A stretch of 40,419 bases of DNA. Origin: a virus (lineage: Duplodnaviria; Caudoviricetes). Position numbers and translations under genes: made by a program. Where the stretch lies: positions 1-40,419 of the IMG/VR virus record IMGVR_UViG_3300037423_000800; one strand, written 5' to 3'. Positions 32,255 through 40,419 of the stretch are shown in pieces. The first letter of the stretch is position 1; the number at the start of each line of letters is the position of its first letter. The notes under the pieces were generated by a model. That model had not been told where the DNA came from. It worked only from the letters and a program-made list of their open reading frames with translations, and ran no database searches.

Positions 32255-33063
32255 GTAGCGTCCTAAGCTTCGGCGGTGGGGGTCCAACCCAGCCCCTCAA
32301 CCCCCCGAATACCTATGAGGCGCTGGGCTACGGAACCAACGGCTCGGTCACGACGATCACCAGCGGTGGTATCGGGGCCAAGGGTTCCTATGCAAGCATC
32401 GGTACCACGGCCAATTCATGGTGCGGGTTTGAAATCGACTTTCAGTCGGTCAGCGCCAACGGCAACCGCTATTTGATGGATATTCGCACGGGCGGCGCAA
32501 CCGTCATCGTGCCGAACCTCTTCCTGCAAAGCGTAACGGGTTTCCGGCTCTATATCCCGATTGCCATAGCTAGCGGGACACTGATTGAGGCCCGCGTACA
32601 GAGCACCGCCAGCGGCGGCACGGTGAAACTGGGGATTAGCGGGCACATTGCCTCCTCCTCTCTTCCTCCGGGCTTCACGACTGCCGTGGACATTCTCGGG
32701 GCCGATACGACCAACACCCGACCCTCGACCACGGGTGTCGCTGCTGCCTCGACCCTCACATGGGCGCAGATACTGGCGAGCACCAGCGAAGCCTACGGCG
32801 CACTGATGGTGACCAGCGCCGATAACGGCACTCTTCCCGCAACCGCGCAGTCGGTGGTGTTCTCTGTCGGTACAGGCGCAGCGGCGAGCGAGGTAGGGAT
32901 AGGCAGGCTCAGCTCCTCTGTCTCGACAAGCTCTCCCGCCGTCTCACGCGCCGCAAGGCTTCTCGAAGTCTCGGTCGCATCGGGAACGAGGCTTTCCGGC
33001 GCGGTTCAGGCGGCAACGCCCGGAACCGATACCTTCCTCTTCGGCCTGCACGGATTCAAATAA
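32251..33063 (+). CDS. Putative virion fibre protein with two similar beta domains
   Basis: Internal repeat IPIAIASGT.I.ARVQ / LEVSVASGTRLS.AVQ; S/T/G/A-rich. Confidence 0.5.
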   Translation: MSSVLSFGGGGPTQPLNPPNTYEALGYGTNGSVTTITSGGIGAKGSYASIGTTANSWCGFEIDFQSVSANGNRYLMDIRTGGATVIVPNLFLQSVTGFRLYIPIAIASGTLIEARVQSTASGGTVKLGISGHIASSSLPPGFTTAVDILGADTTNTRPSTTGVAAASTLTWAQILASTSEAYGALMVTSADNGTLPATAQSVVFSVGTGAAASEVGIGRLSSSVSTSSPAVSRAARLLEVSVASGTRLSGAVQAATPGTDTFLFGLHGFK

Positions 33064-34710
33064 ATGAACTTCGGCCAGCTCTTCCGCCTCATCAGGGGTG
33101 GCAATATTTCTGCCCCTCCTCCTCCCACGGGCGGTGGTGGTGGAGGGGGTGGCGCTCCGCCTCCGATCTCGCTTTCGATCACGCAGGTAAAGTGCCATGA
33201 GCCGAAAGCGCTTCCGATTGTCGGCAATCTCGCGACGGTAACGAGCAGCGACCTCCCCGTCATCACCGACACGTACATTCCAAGCGTGACAGACGGCGGG
33301 TTCCTGTTGTCCCCGGCACGTAATGTCGTTCAGTGGGACCCGGTCCTGGAGGATGATGCTGGGATCAAGACGTTCCACCTGAGCGATGGAGTCAACACCG
33401 TCGCACTTCAGGTCGAGAAGCTGATGAACCTCTACCTTCCGGGGGTTGAGAAACTCGCTCCCGTTGGGACGCCGGTTGCTTGGCTTTACGGCTATCACGG
33501 TTCGACCCGCCCAACTCTAGGGGGAACGGCGGCCACCTATTTCGCCCTCAAGGGCTGGCAGATGGGTGGCATCTGGTATTGGTGGCTCGCGGTCAATGCG
33601 TCACTATCGGGATTAAGCGCTCCCTCGACTCTTGCTTACACGATTGCCTCAAGCGGCCTCACAACCATCAGTGGGACGATTGATATTCTGGTTGACACTG
33701 GGTTTGACATGGATGGCTGGCCCGATCCGGACCCGCCCATCGCCCCATCGGCTCCGACGAGCACACGAAGTTCAACAAAAATCCTCGCCAGCAATCAGAC
33801 GATCGACGGCGAGAACATCGGCAGTCTTTCGCTGGCTTACAAACAAAGCACCTCGTTCCTTTCGAACATCAGCATCACCAACGTGACCGGAGACGGTGCT
33901 GCACAGGTAATGAGGAACAGTGGCGGTTCAGGTGTAACCAACTTCACCGTCCAGAAGGTCAGTGTCGTCAATGGGCGATACGTTCAGGGCATCGGCTTTG
34001 GCGGCGTGCGCATCGGTAATAACCCGTGCACGAACGTGACAATCACGGACATTAGCTGGGTATCGATTCCCGGTGGTGCCTATGCCACGAGCGAAGATGA
34101 CATTTCGGGCGGTGCCTGCATCCAGGGCAAGATACCGACGAAGAGCTATGCCGGGAACCTGACGTTCCAGCGCATCCATGTTGACGGCCTTTACATGAAC
34201 ACCGTCAGTCCCACGGGCGCAACGATCTTCCCCAATGGCGATGGTGTCGCAACTGAACGTTACGATAGCTGGCTCGGGCCGATCACGATCACCGACGTAT
34301 GGTTCAAGGGTGCCGATGGCTGCGTTGACTGCAAGGCCATTACCGGGACCGTCATCAATCGTGTTCGGATGGAAGGCGGTCACTATTGCGTCAAGGATTG
34401 GACCGGCAACGTCTGGGATAATTGCAAGAGCATCAATCTCGGCGCGCACCACATCATCGGGGCAGCGATTACCACTGCGCTTCCCACATTGAGGAACGTT
34501 CGGAAATTCGGAACCCGGATGACTGACGTTGACCTGATGAAGTTCCAGGACATTCGGGGGGCAACGATGGTCGGCAGGCTCGATATTCCCGCAGGAATGA
34601 CATTGGCGCAGGGTGACAACCACTCGCTCGGCTCATTCCTCCTGCTTCCCGATGGAACCGGACTTTACCAGACGGGCAACAACGGCTTCACCGCCTTCAC
34701 TCCAGTCTGA
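33064..34710 (+). CDS. Beta-helix glycan-binding/depolymerase-like fibre protein
   Basis: P4-G7-P3 linker; repeated N.TI..I/V rungs; NGDG...E...D...DCK beta-helix motif. Confidence 0.6.
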   Translation: MNFGQLFRLIRGGNISAPPPPTGGGGGGGGAPPPISLSITQVKCHEPKALPIVGNLATVTSSDLPVITDTYIPSVTDGGFLLSPARNVVQWDPVLEDDAGIKTFHLSDGVNTVALQVEKLMNLYLPGVEKLAPVGTPVAWLYGYHGSTRPTLGGTAATYFALKGWQMGGIWYWWLAVNASLSGLSAPSTLAYTIASSGLTTISGTIDILVDTGFDMDGWPDPDPPIAPSAPTSTRSSTKILASNQTIDGENIGSLSLAYKQSTSFLSNISITNVTGDGAAQVMRNSGGSGVTNFTVQKVSVVNGRYVQGIGFGGVRIGNNPCTNVTITDISWVSIPGGAYATSEDDISGGACIQGKIPTKSYAGNLTFQRIHVDGLYMNTVSPTGATIFPNGDGVATERYDSWLGPITITDVWFKGADGCVDCKAITGTVINRVRMEGGHYCVKDWTGNVWDNCKSINLGAHHIIGAAITTALPTLRNVRKFGTRMTDVDLMKFQDIRGATMVGRLDIPAGMTLAQGDNHSLGSFLLLPDGTGLYQTGNNGFTAFTPV

Positions 34711-34838
34711 TGGCAGTGTTTGATGACGTTGTATTCGACAACGCCATATTCGATTGTGACGAAATAGATCAAAACCCGGGGCGTATTGTGCGCCCGCTTC
34801 CGCTGCGGCCCTACATGAAGAGGCCGCGCAGACGCTGA
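34710..34838 (+). CDS. 42-aa FD-repeat peptide (not in ORF track)
   Basis: MAVFDDVVFDNAIFDCDEIDQNPGRIVRPLPLRPYMKRPRRR; TGATG coupling. Confidence 0.6.
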   Translation: MAVFDDVVFDNAIFDCDEIDQNPGRIVRPLPLRPYMKRPRRR

Positions 34839-34880
34839 GACACCGCCCACTCGAAAGAGAGCGGAAACGGAGAGCGAATA

Positions 34881-35132
34881 ATGTCAAAAGCTGGTAGGCC
34901 AATGGGCAGGCTGCATCAGGATGATGTGCGCGCCAAGATACAGACCAGTCAATTGGTAAATCGCCTTACAGATCATGCACTTGGCGTTATCGAATTGTCA
35001 CCGACCCAAGTTCGCGCAATCGAGATACTGATTAAGAAGACATTGCCTGACCTGCAGGCGGTCGATCTGAGCGGTTCGGTCGAGGCAGCGGTCACTGTTA
35101 GCGGAGCGCTTCAGTGGAAGCATCCGCAGTAA
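34881..35132 (+). CDS. Terminase small subunit (putative)
   Basis: RBS GGAG; HQDDVRAKIQ.SQLVNRL...ILIKKTLPDL; overlaps terL start. Confidence 0.65.
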   Translation: MSKAGRPMGRLHQDDVRAKIQTSQLVNRLTDHALGVIELSPTQVRAIEILIKKTLPDLQAVDLSGSVEAAVTVSGALQWKHPQ

Positions 35133-36388
35133 TCGAGAGCCCTTACGCTCCTCGTCATCAGTTCATGGGATTGCACACACGCGAAACCCGCTGGGGAATT
35201 GCGGTGTGCCACCGACGCGCCGGTAAGACGGTGGCCTGTGTCAACGATCTCATAAAAGGTGCCGCGACTTGCGAGCTGAACAATCCACGGTTCGCTTACA
35301 TTGCGCCGCAGCTCAATCAGGCCAAGGACATCGCTTGGAGCTACCTGCTCGAATACACGGACTGCTTCGGACCCGAGAGGAAGGTCAATGCCTCGGAGCT
35401 TTGGGTGGAACTTCCCAACAACGGGGCGCGGATTCGGATTTACGGTGCCGATAATCCGGATCGGCTTAGGGGCATATATCTGGACGGGGCCGTCCTTGAT
35501 GAGTTTGGTGATATGGACCCGACCGTTTGGTCCCAAGTCATTCGTCCTGCGCTGTCGGATCGCAAAGGCTGGGCGGTGTTCATTGGGACTCCTAAAGGTA
35601 AAAACACTTTCCACACGCTTTGGGTAAACGCTGCTGACGATCCCGACTGGTTCACGCTCAACCTGAAAGCCTCGGATACTGGCCTGCTCGACAAGCAGGA
35701 ACTGGCCGACGCCGCGAAGATGATGAGCGAGGACGAATACGCTCAGGAATACGAGTGCTCGTTCGAGGCCGCTGTCAAAGGCGCTTACTACGGTAAGGAG
35801 ATGAATGATATTGAGGCCGCTGAAACGCCTCAGATCACTGCTGTTCCGTACGATCCACGACTTCAGGTCCACACCGCTTGGGACTTGGGTGTCGCTGACT
35901 CAACCGTCATCTGGTTCATCCAGGCTCATGGGCGCGAGCTGAGAGTTATCGACGTTCTCAAGGGCGAGGGCGTTGGCCTCGACTGGTATGCCAAGCGTCT
36001 GCAAGAGCGCGACTACCTGTGGGGCAATCACTATCTCCCGCATGACGTTGAAGTCAGGGAGCTAGGTACCGGCAAAAGCCGCAAGGAAGTCCTCGAAGGG
36101 CTTGGCATCAAGGTCACGGTCTGCCCGAACATCCCGATTGCTGACGGCATTCAGGCGGTGAGAATGCTTCTCCCGACATGCTGGTTCGACAAAGAGAAAT
36201 GCAAGGCGGGTATCGAGGCTTTGCGAATGTATCGCCGCGAATATGACGAGAAGCGGCAGGAGTTCAAACCGCATCCGCTGCATGACTGGACCAGTCACTA
36301 CGCAGATGCGCTGAGATATTTCGCGGTCGGCCATCAGGAACGCGCCGCAGCAAAGCCGCTCAAGTACGATACGAGGTGGGTTGTATGA
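35114..36388 (+). CDS. terL: Terminase large subunit
   Basis: Walker A HRRAGKT, Walker B AVLDE, GTP coupling motif, nuclease AWDLG...D and SHYADALRY. Confidence 0.95.
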   Translation: MEASAVIESPYAPRHQFMGLHTRETRWGIAVCHRRAGKTVACVNDLIKGAATCELNNPRFAYIAPQLNQAKDIAWSYLLEYTDCFGPERKVNASELWVELPNNGARIRIYGADNPDRLRGIYLDGAVLDEFGDMDPTVWSQVIRPALSDRKGWAVFIGTPKGKNTFHTLWVNAADDPDWFTLNLKASDTGLLDKQELADAAKMMSEDEYAQEYECSFEAAVKGAYYGKEMNDIEAAETPQITAVPYDPRLQVHTAWDLGVADSTVIWFIQAHGRELRVIDVLKGEGVGLDWYAKRLQERDYLWGNHYLPHDVEVRELGTGKSRKEVLEGLGIKVTVCPNIPIADGIQAVRMLLPTCWFDKEKCKAGIEALRMYRREYDEKRQEFKPHPLHDWTSHYADALRYFAVGHQERAAAKPLKYDTRWVV

Positions 36389-36576
36389 ACCTTTCGCTCA
36401 GGAGCAAATCGCAGGAGCGCCCGCTTCCGCCCGGGATCACCGAACGCCGCGACCGGACATATGCCCACATGCAGCGCATCGAGCGGGCGCTGGAGGATGC
36501 GGGCTTTGATCCTCAAATGCTCAACCATCTTCCACCTGGGCACATCTTCGCCGCCCTTCTTCTGAATGTGAAATAA
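36385..36576 (+). CDS. Hypothetical protein
   Basis: ATGA overlap with terL; ends 3 nt before portal. Confidence 0.55.
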   Translation: MNLSLRSKSQERPLPPGITERRDRTYAHMQRIERALEDAGFDPQMLNHLPPGHIFAALLLNVK

Positions 36577-36579
36577 CAG

Positions 36580-38760
36580 ATGGCGTCACAACCGCTTGCA
36601 CCGCTGGATGAGCAACCAGCGGACAGGCGAGGTATGTCCGATGAAGAACTCGCCGCTCATCTTGCCGAGCACGAAACCCGCGCAATCGGCTATTACGATG
36701 GCGAAATAGCGGCGGAACAAGCGGACAGTATCGACCGCTATTATCGCAGACCCTACGGCGACGAACGCGACGGCAAGTCGCAGGTTGCTGACGGCACTGT
36801 CGCGATCACCGTGGACAATGCGCTCGCCGCTGTCCTCAAACCCTTCGTATCGGCTGATGAGACGGTCTCGTTCGCGCCGCGCGGACCGGAAGATGAGGAC
36901 GTTGCCAATCAAGCAACCGAGTACGTCAATTACGTTCTCCACCAGGATAACAACGGCTTCCTGATCCTCCACGACTGGTTCAAGGATGCGCTGCTTTGTA
37001 AGCTCGGTGTCGTTAAAGCTTACTGGGAGGATTACACCAACCAGCACGTCGAGCGGCTGACCAGCCTCGATCCAATGCAATTGCAGATGCTCCAGCAGCA
37101 GGAGCATATCGTTGACGGGCCGTTCGGTCCTGATGAGTACGGGCTTTACACCGTCGATGTTCTCCGGACCCATTCTGACGGCAAAATCTGCATCGAGAAC
37201 ATTCCGCCCGAGGAATATCGCATCAGCCCGTTCGCGAGACCGGGACGCGTTCCACCTTACGAAGCGCACATTACACGCAAATCGAAGTCCGAGCTTATCG
37301 AGATGGGCTTCGACCATGACGTAATCATGGCGCTGTCCAAGGCCGATAATACGAGCATTGACGATTCACGGGCGATTGCTCGGTACGAGGACGAGAGCTG
37401 GGGCACGGTCCAGCAGGATACCGTTGGTACTGAAGCCAACGACCTCGTGGATTTCAACGACGAGTTCGCGCTGATCGATTATGACGGAGACGGGAAAGCC
37501 GAGCTTCGCAGGGTCATGCGTTCGGGTAACGTGATCCTCTACAACGAGGAAGTGGATTACGGGCTGTTCGCTCGCCTCTGCCCAGCTCCGATGCCGCACA
37601 AGATTTACGGGCTCTCACTCGCGGATCAGGTGAAGGACGAGCAGCGCATCTCGACGGTGCTGTGGCGGCAGACGCTGGATAACCTCTATCTCGCCAACAA
37701 CCCGCGCCCGGTGTTGGGCGAAGGTGCTGAACGTTCTGACGGGACCACGGTTGACGATCTCCTGTCCGATGCCCCCGGCGCTGTAATTCGCGTCAAGGAC
37801 GTACAGCAGCTTACCGACTTCTCGGTGCCGTTCGTTGCCGACAAGTCATTCCCGATGCTGTCCTATGTCGAGCAGCAGGCCGAAGCCAGAACGGGTATCT
37901 CGAAGCAGGGTCAGGGCATGGACCCCGACGCTCTCGATACTGCCAACCAGATGACCGCCACGCAGGCGGCAATCATGGAGGACGGACGTAACTCGCGCTC
38001 GGAGATGATCGCGCGGATATTCGCTGAGACAGGCGTCAAAGACCTGTTCAAGCTCTTGCTGAAGCTGATGGTCGCTCACCAGCCGAGATCGCGTGTGATC
38101 CGCCTTCGCAACAAGTGGGTCGAGATCGATCCCCGCGACTGGAACGCGGAAATGGACGTGAATATCTCGGTCGGCCTCGGCATGGGGTCGAAGGCCGAGC
38201 AGATCAGCACCGCGCAAACGGTCCTCGCGACAATGGAGACGATTGGCGCTTCGCCTTACGCGAGCCTGATTGACGCCGAGAAGGTCTACAACGCCTGCAA
38301 GAACCTGTTCCGTGCTGCCGGGATCAAGAACATCGATGAGTTCCTTGCTGAGCCGCAGAGGGACCAGAACGGGCAGCTGATACAGCCTCCGCCGCCGCCC
38401 GATCCGAAGATGATGGCCGCACAGGCTCAGACACAGATCGCTCAGATGAAGGCCGAGAGCGACATTCAAATCGGCCAGCAGAAGGCCGCGAACGACGCTC
38501 AGTCCGCCCAAGCCGATGCATGGCTGAAACAGATGGTCGCGCAGAACCAAGCGCAACTCGATGCGGCGAAAGCCAACACCGAGGCGCAGCTTGGGGCGAT
38601 GCGATTGCACATGGAGGCCGCGCTTGAGGCGATCCAGGTCGGCCACGACATGAAGCTGAAAGAGGTTCAGGCGGCCCACGATGCCCATTTGGGACAGGTG
38701 AAGGCGGAGAACGACGCCAAGCTCGCCAAGTTCAGAAGCGGCGGCAAGCTAGATGAATGA
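36580..38760 (+). CDS. Portal protein (P22-like, long C-terminal helical barrel)
   Basis: 726 aa after terL; DALL.K.GVVK..W, LDNLYLANNP, Q/A-rich coiled-coil tail. Confidence 0.9.
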   Translation: MASQPLAPLDEQPADRRGMSDEELAAHLAEHETRAIGYYDGEIAAEQADSIDRYYRRPYGDERDGKSQVADGTVAITVDNALAAVLKPFVSADETVSFAPRGPEDEDVANQATEYVNYVLHQDNNGFLILHDWFKDALLCKLGVVKAYWEDYTNQHVERLTSLDPMQLQMLQQQEHIVDGPFGPDEYGLYTVDVLRTHSDGKICIENIPPEEYRISPFARPGRVPPYEAHITRKSKSELIEMGFDHDVIMALSKADNTSIDDSRAIARYEDESWGTVQQDTVGTEANDLVDFNDEFALIDYDGDGKAELRRVMRSGNVILYNEEVDYGLFARLCPAPMPHKIYGLSLADQVKDEQRISTVLWRQTLDNLYLANNPRPVLGEGAERSDGTTVDDLLSDAPGAVIRVKDVQQLTDFSVPFVADKSFPMLSYVEQQAEARTGISKQGQGMDPDALDTANQMTATQAAIMEDGRNSRSEMIARIFAETGVKDLFKLLLKLMVAHQPRSRVIRLRNKWVEIDPRDWNAEMDVNISVGLGMGSKAEQISTAQTVLATMETIGASPYASLIDAEKVYNACKNLFRAAGIKNIDEFLAEPQRDQNGQLIQPPPPPDPKMMAAQAQTQIAQMKAESDIQIGQQKAANDAQSAQADAWLKQMVAQNQAQLDAAKANTEAQLGAMRLHMEAALEAIQVGHDMKLKEVQAAHDAHLGQVKAENDAKLAKFRSGGKLDE

Positions 38761-39055
38761 GCATCTCTTCGCCCGCATTCGAGCCGCACAGGACGTCCTT
38801 TTCGAAGAACTCATTTTAACCGAAGAACAAAGGATTGACCGCGTGATTACCGAAGCACTCAACAACCTCGCCAACGCCATCCAGAACATGATTGCCGAGC
38901 GCTCGTCCGACCGTGACGCGCTTGCCAACGCCAATGCAGCAGCGGCGCAGGCATCAGCCGACCGTGACGCGGCGCAGGCGCAGGTGGCGAGCCTACAGGG
39001 CCAGCTTGCCGACGCCGAGAACCAAGTCAACGCGCTGATCGCACAGATTCAGTGA
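38753..39055 (+). CDS. Coiled-coil hypothetical protein
   Basis: A/Q-rich heptads; overlaps both neighbours. Confidence 0.55.
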   Translation: MNEHLFARIRAAQDVLFEELILTEEQRIDRVITEALNNLANAIQNMIAERSSDRDALANANAAAAQASADRDAAQAQVASLQGQLADAENQVNALIAQIQ

Positions 39056-39318
39056 AGATTGACGAAACAGCCCTTCGCGAACGAGCCGCCCTAGGCTCGC
39101 GCTTCAAGGAGGTGCTGCCCGACATTCAGGACGGGCTTGACGCAATCGAACGCGAATATGCCGACGAATGGGCGAACACCCATGACGCGGCGGAACGCGA
39201 GAACCTGTGGCGCTCCGTTCAGATCATTCGCAAGCTTAAAGGTCATTTCGGTGAGATTGTCTCGTCAGGAGCAATCGCCACGCACCAACTCGTCGAGCTG
39301 AAAAGGCTCGGCAAGTAA
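39052..39318 (+). CDS. Small conserved protein between portal and scaffold
   Basis: W..T.D..ERE.LW.......L......V..G motif. Confidence 0.65.
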   Translation: MKIDETALRERAALGSRFKEVLPDIQDGLDAIEREYADEWANTHDAAERENLWRSVQIIRKLKGHFGEIVSSGAIATHQLVELKRLGK

Positions 39319-39353
39319 CTCCTGCCCTTCGGGGCCTCAACATAAGGTGAAAT

Positions 39354-40419
39354 ATGGACACTGCCCAGCCGTCACCGGCAGCAGAAACCGAAGTCGCGCC
39401 CGCTGATGACTCGTCACTCGAAGCGGCAGCGAACGCTTTCAAGACATTCGACGAAGATGCGCCCGCAACACTGGAGCGCCTTCGTGACGAAAAGGGACGC
39501 TTCGTTAGCGAAGATGATCCCGACGTAATCGACATCGGAGCCGAGGGTGACGAACCCGAAGCCGAGGTGGAGAGCCAGGACGACGAAGTTGAGACGGACG
39601 AGGCATCCGAAGAGGACCAGCCCGAAGCCGTCGATCTCCCGCCGTCATGGCCCTCGGAACATGCGGAGATGTGGGCAGAACTCGACCCACGCGCCCAGGC
39701 GTACATTCGCCAGCGCGATGCCGAGCAACTGGCCGCAACCAACGCCAAGTTCCAGGAAGCCGCCAACTTGAGGAAGGCCCACGAGGCTGAAATCAACGAG
39801 GCAAAAACCAACCGGCAGCAATTTGCGGAGGCCGCAGACTTCGTTCTGTCACTGGCTCGCCCGCAGAAGCCGCCCGTATCGATGCTCAATCCGCAATCGA
39901 ACGATTACAACCCGGACCAATATCATCTCCTCAACGCCCAGTACGAACAGCAAGCAACCGTTCTCACCACGCTTTACCAGCAGCGCCAGCAGGTCGCCCA
40001 GTTGGAAGCGGTGGAATCCGAGCGGAATCGCGAAGCGTTCCAGGCGCAGGTCGAAGAGAAGTTTGCGCCGTTGCTCATCAAGGATGTGCCAGACTTGGCC
40101 GTTCCCGAAAGGCAGGGTCAGGTTCTCTCCGAGATCGCGCGCTATGCGGTGGACAACGGCGTACCTGCCGAGACGTTCACCGATCCCGAGCGGGCAAAGC
40201 TAGTCACCTCTGCGGACCTCCGGTTCGCGTGGAAGGCGATGCAATACGACAAGATGATGGCCGCAAAGGCGAAGGTGCAGCCCAAGGCTCAGAAGCCCGC
40301 AGCGCCGCCAGTGAAGCCGGGTGTAACCACGCCACGAAGCGCGATTGAAGCAACGAAGCGGAAGCAGGCAAGCGAACGGTTGGCCCGCAGCGGAAGCATC
40401 GAGGATGCAGCCGCGATCT
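39354..40419 (+). CDS. Capsid scaffolding protein (3' truncated; absent from ORF track)
   Basis: RBS TAAGGTG; MDTAQPSP..., RDEKGRF, acidic tract, PPSW....W..L; basic KPG.T tail; reads off window end. Confidence 0.8.
   Translation, partial: MDTAQPSPAAETEVAPADDSSLEAAANAFKTFDEDAPATLERLRDEKGRFVSEDDPDVIDIGAEGDEPEAEVESQDDEVETDEASEEDQPEAVDLPPSWPSEHAEMWAELDPRAQAYIRQRDAEQLAATNAKFQEAANLRKAHEAEINEAKTNRQQFAEAADFVLSLARPQKPPVSMLNPQSNDYNPDQYHLLNAQYEQQATVLTTLYQQRQQVAQLEAVESERNREAFQAQVEEKFAPLLIKDVPDLAVPERQGQVLSEIARYAVDNGVPAETFTDPERAKLVTSADLRFAWKAMQYDKMMAAKAKVQPKAQKPAAPPVKPGVTTPRSAIEATKRKQASERLARSGSIEDAAAI

Larger units (their letters stand above)
1..40419. mobile_element. Temperate podovirus-like phage genome, circularly permuted, excised (attP) form
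   Basis: Terminase, portal, scaffold, tail/ejection, lysis, integrase, cI/cro and replication modules with no host housekeeping genes; phage genes on both sides of the tRNA-derived att core; no tape-measure, tube or sheath gene seen. Confidence 0.93.

Noticed and set aside
37846-38688. 280-aa minus-strand ORF (likewise 8739-9524, 35111-35872, 36586-37317, 5394-6119)
   Set aside because: Antisense to well-supported genes; long shadow ORFs are expected in GC-rich DNA
39324-39335. GCCC-TTCG-GGGC hairpin as terminator or fourth multi-hairpin element
   Set aside because: Single short stem with no U-tract and none of the family's flanks; at most an mRNA-stabilising hairpin before the scaffold gene

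Overview
The whole window is one temperate, short-tailed (podovirus-like) dsDNA phage genome, circularly permuted and nearly complete. It starts inside a head-tail adaptor gene and ends inside the scaffold gene; the major capsid gene is not in the window. Order: tail/ejection genes (1-11 kb), extended lysis cassette (11.4-14 kb), intact attP (3' half of tRNA-Val(TAC)) and tyrosine integrase, leftward early operon (NinB, Rad52/Sak, C5 methyltransferase, many small ORFs), cI/cro switch with five TGTA-N6-TACA operators, rightward early/replication genes, a late promoter with a highly structured leader, a glycan-active/fibre cluster, then terminase, portal and scaffold. The host is probably an alphaproteobacterium, possibly a sphingomonad (inference). 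The most notable signals are absent from the ORF track: (1) a 33-aa NepR-like anti-sigma microprotein in the lysis cassette, together with a two-way EcfG/sigmaT-type promoter motif just ahead of the late promoter, suggesting a phage circuit wired into the host general stress response; (2) a ~138-nt tRNA-like RNA with its own promoter, antisense to the late operon; (3) a family of ~90-nt multi-hairpin elements in the early region; (4) several apparently leaderless counter-oriented genes; (5) an out-of-frame ORF nested in the methyltransferase. All family calls come from motifs recognised by eye; no searches were run.
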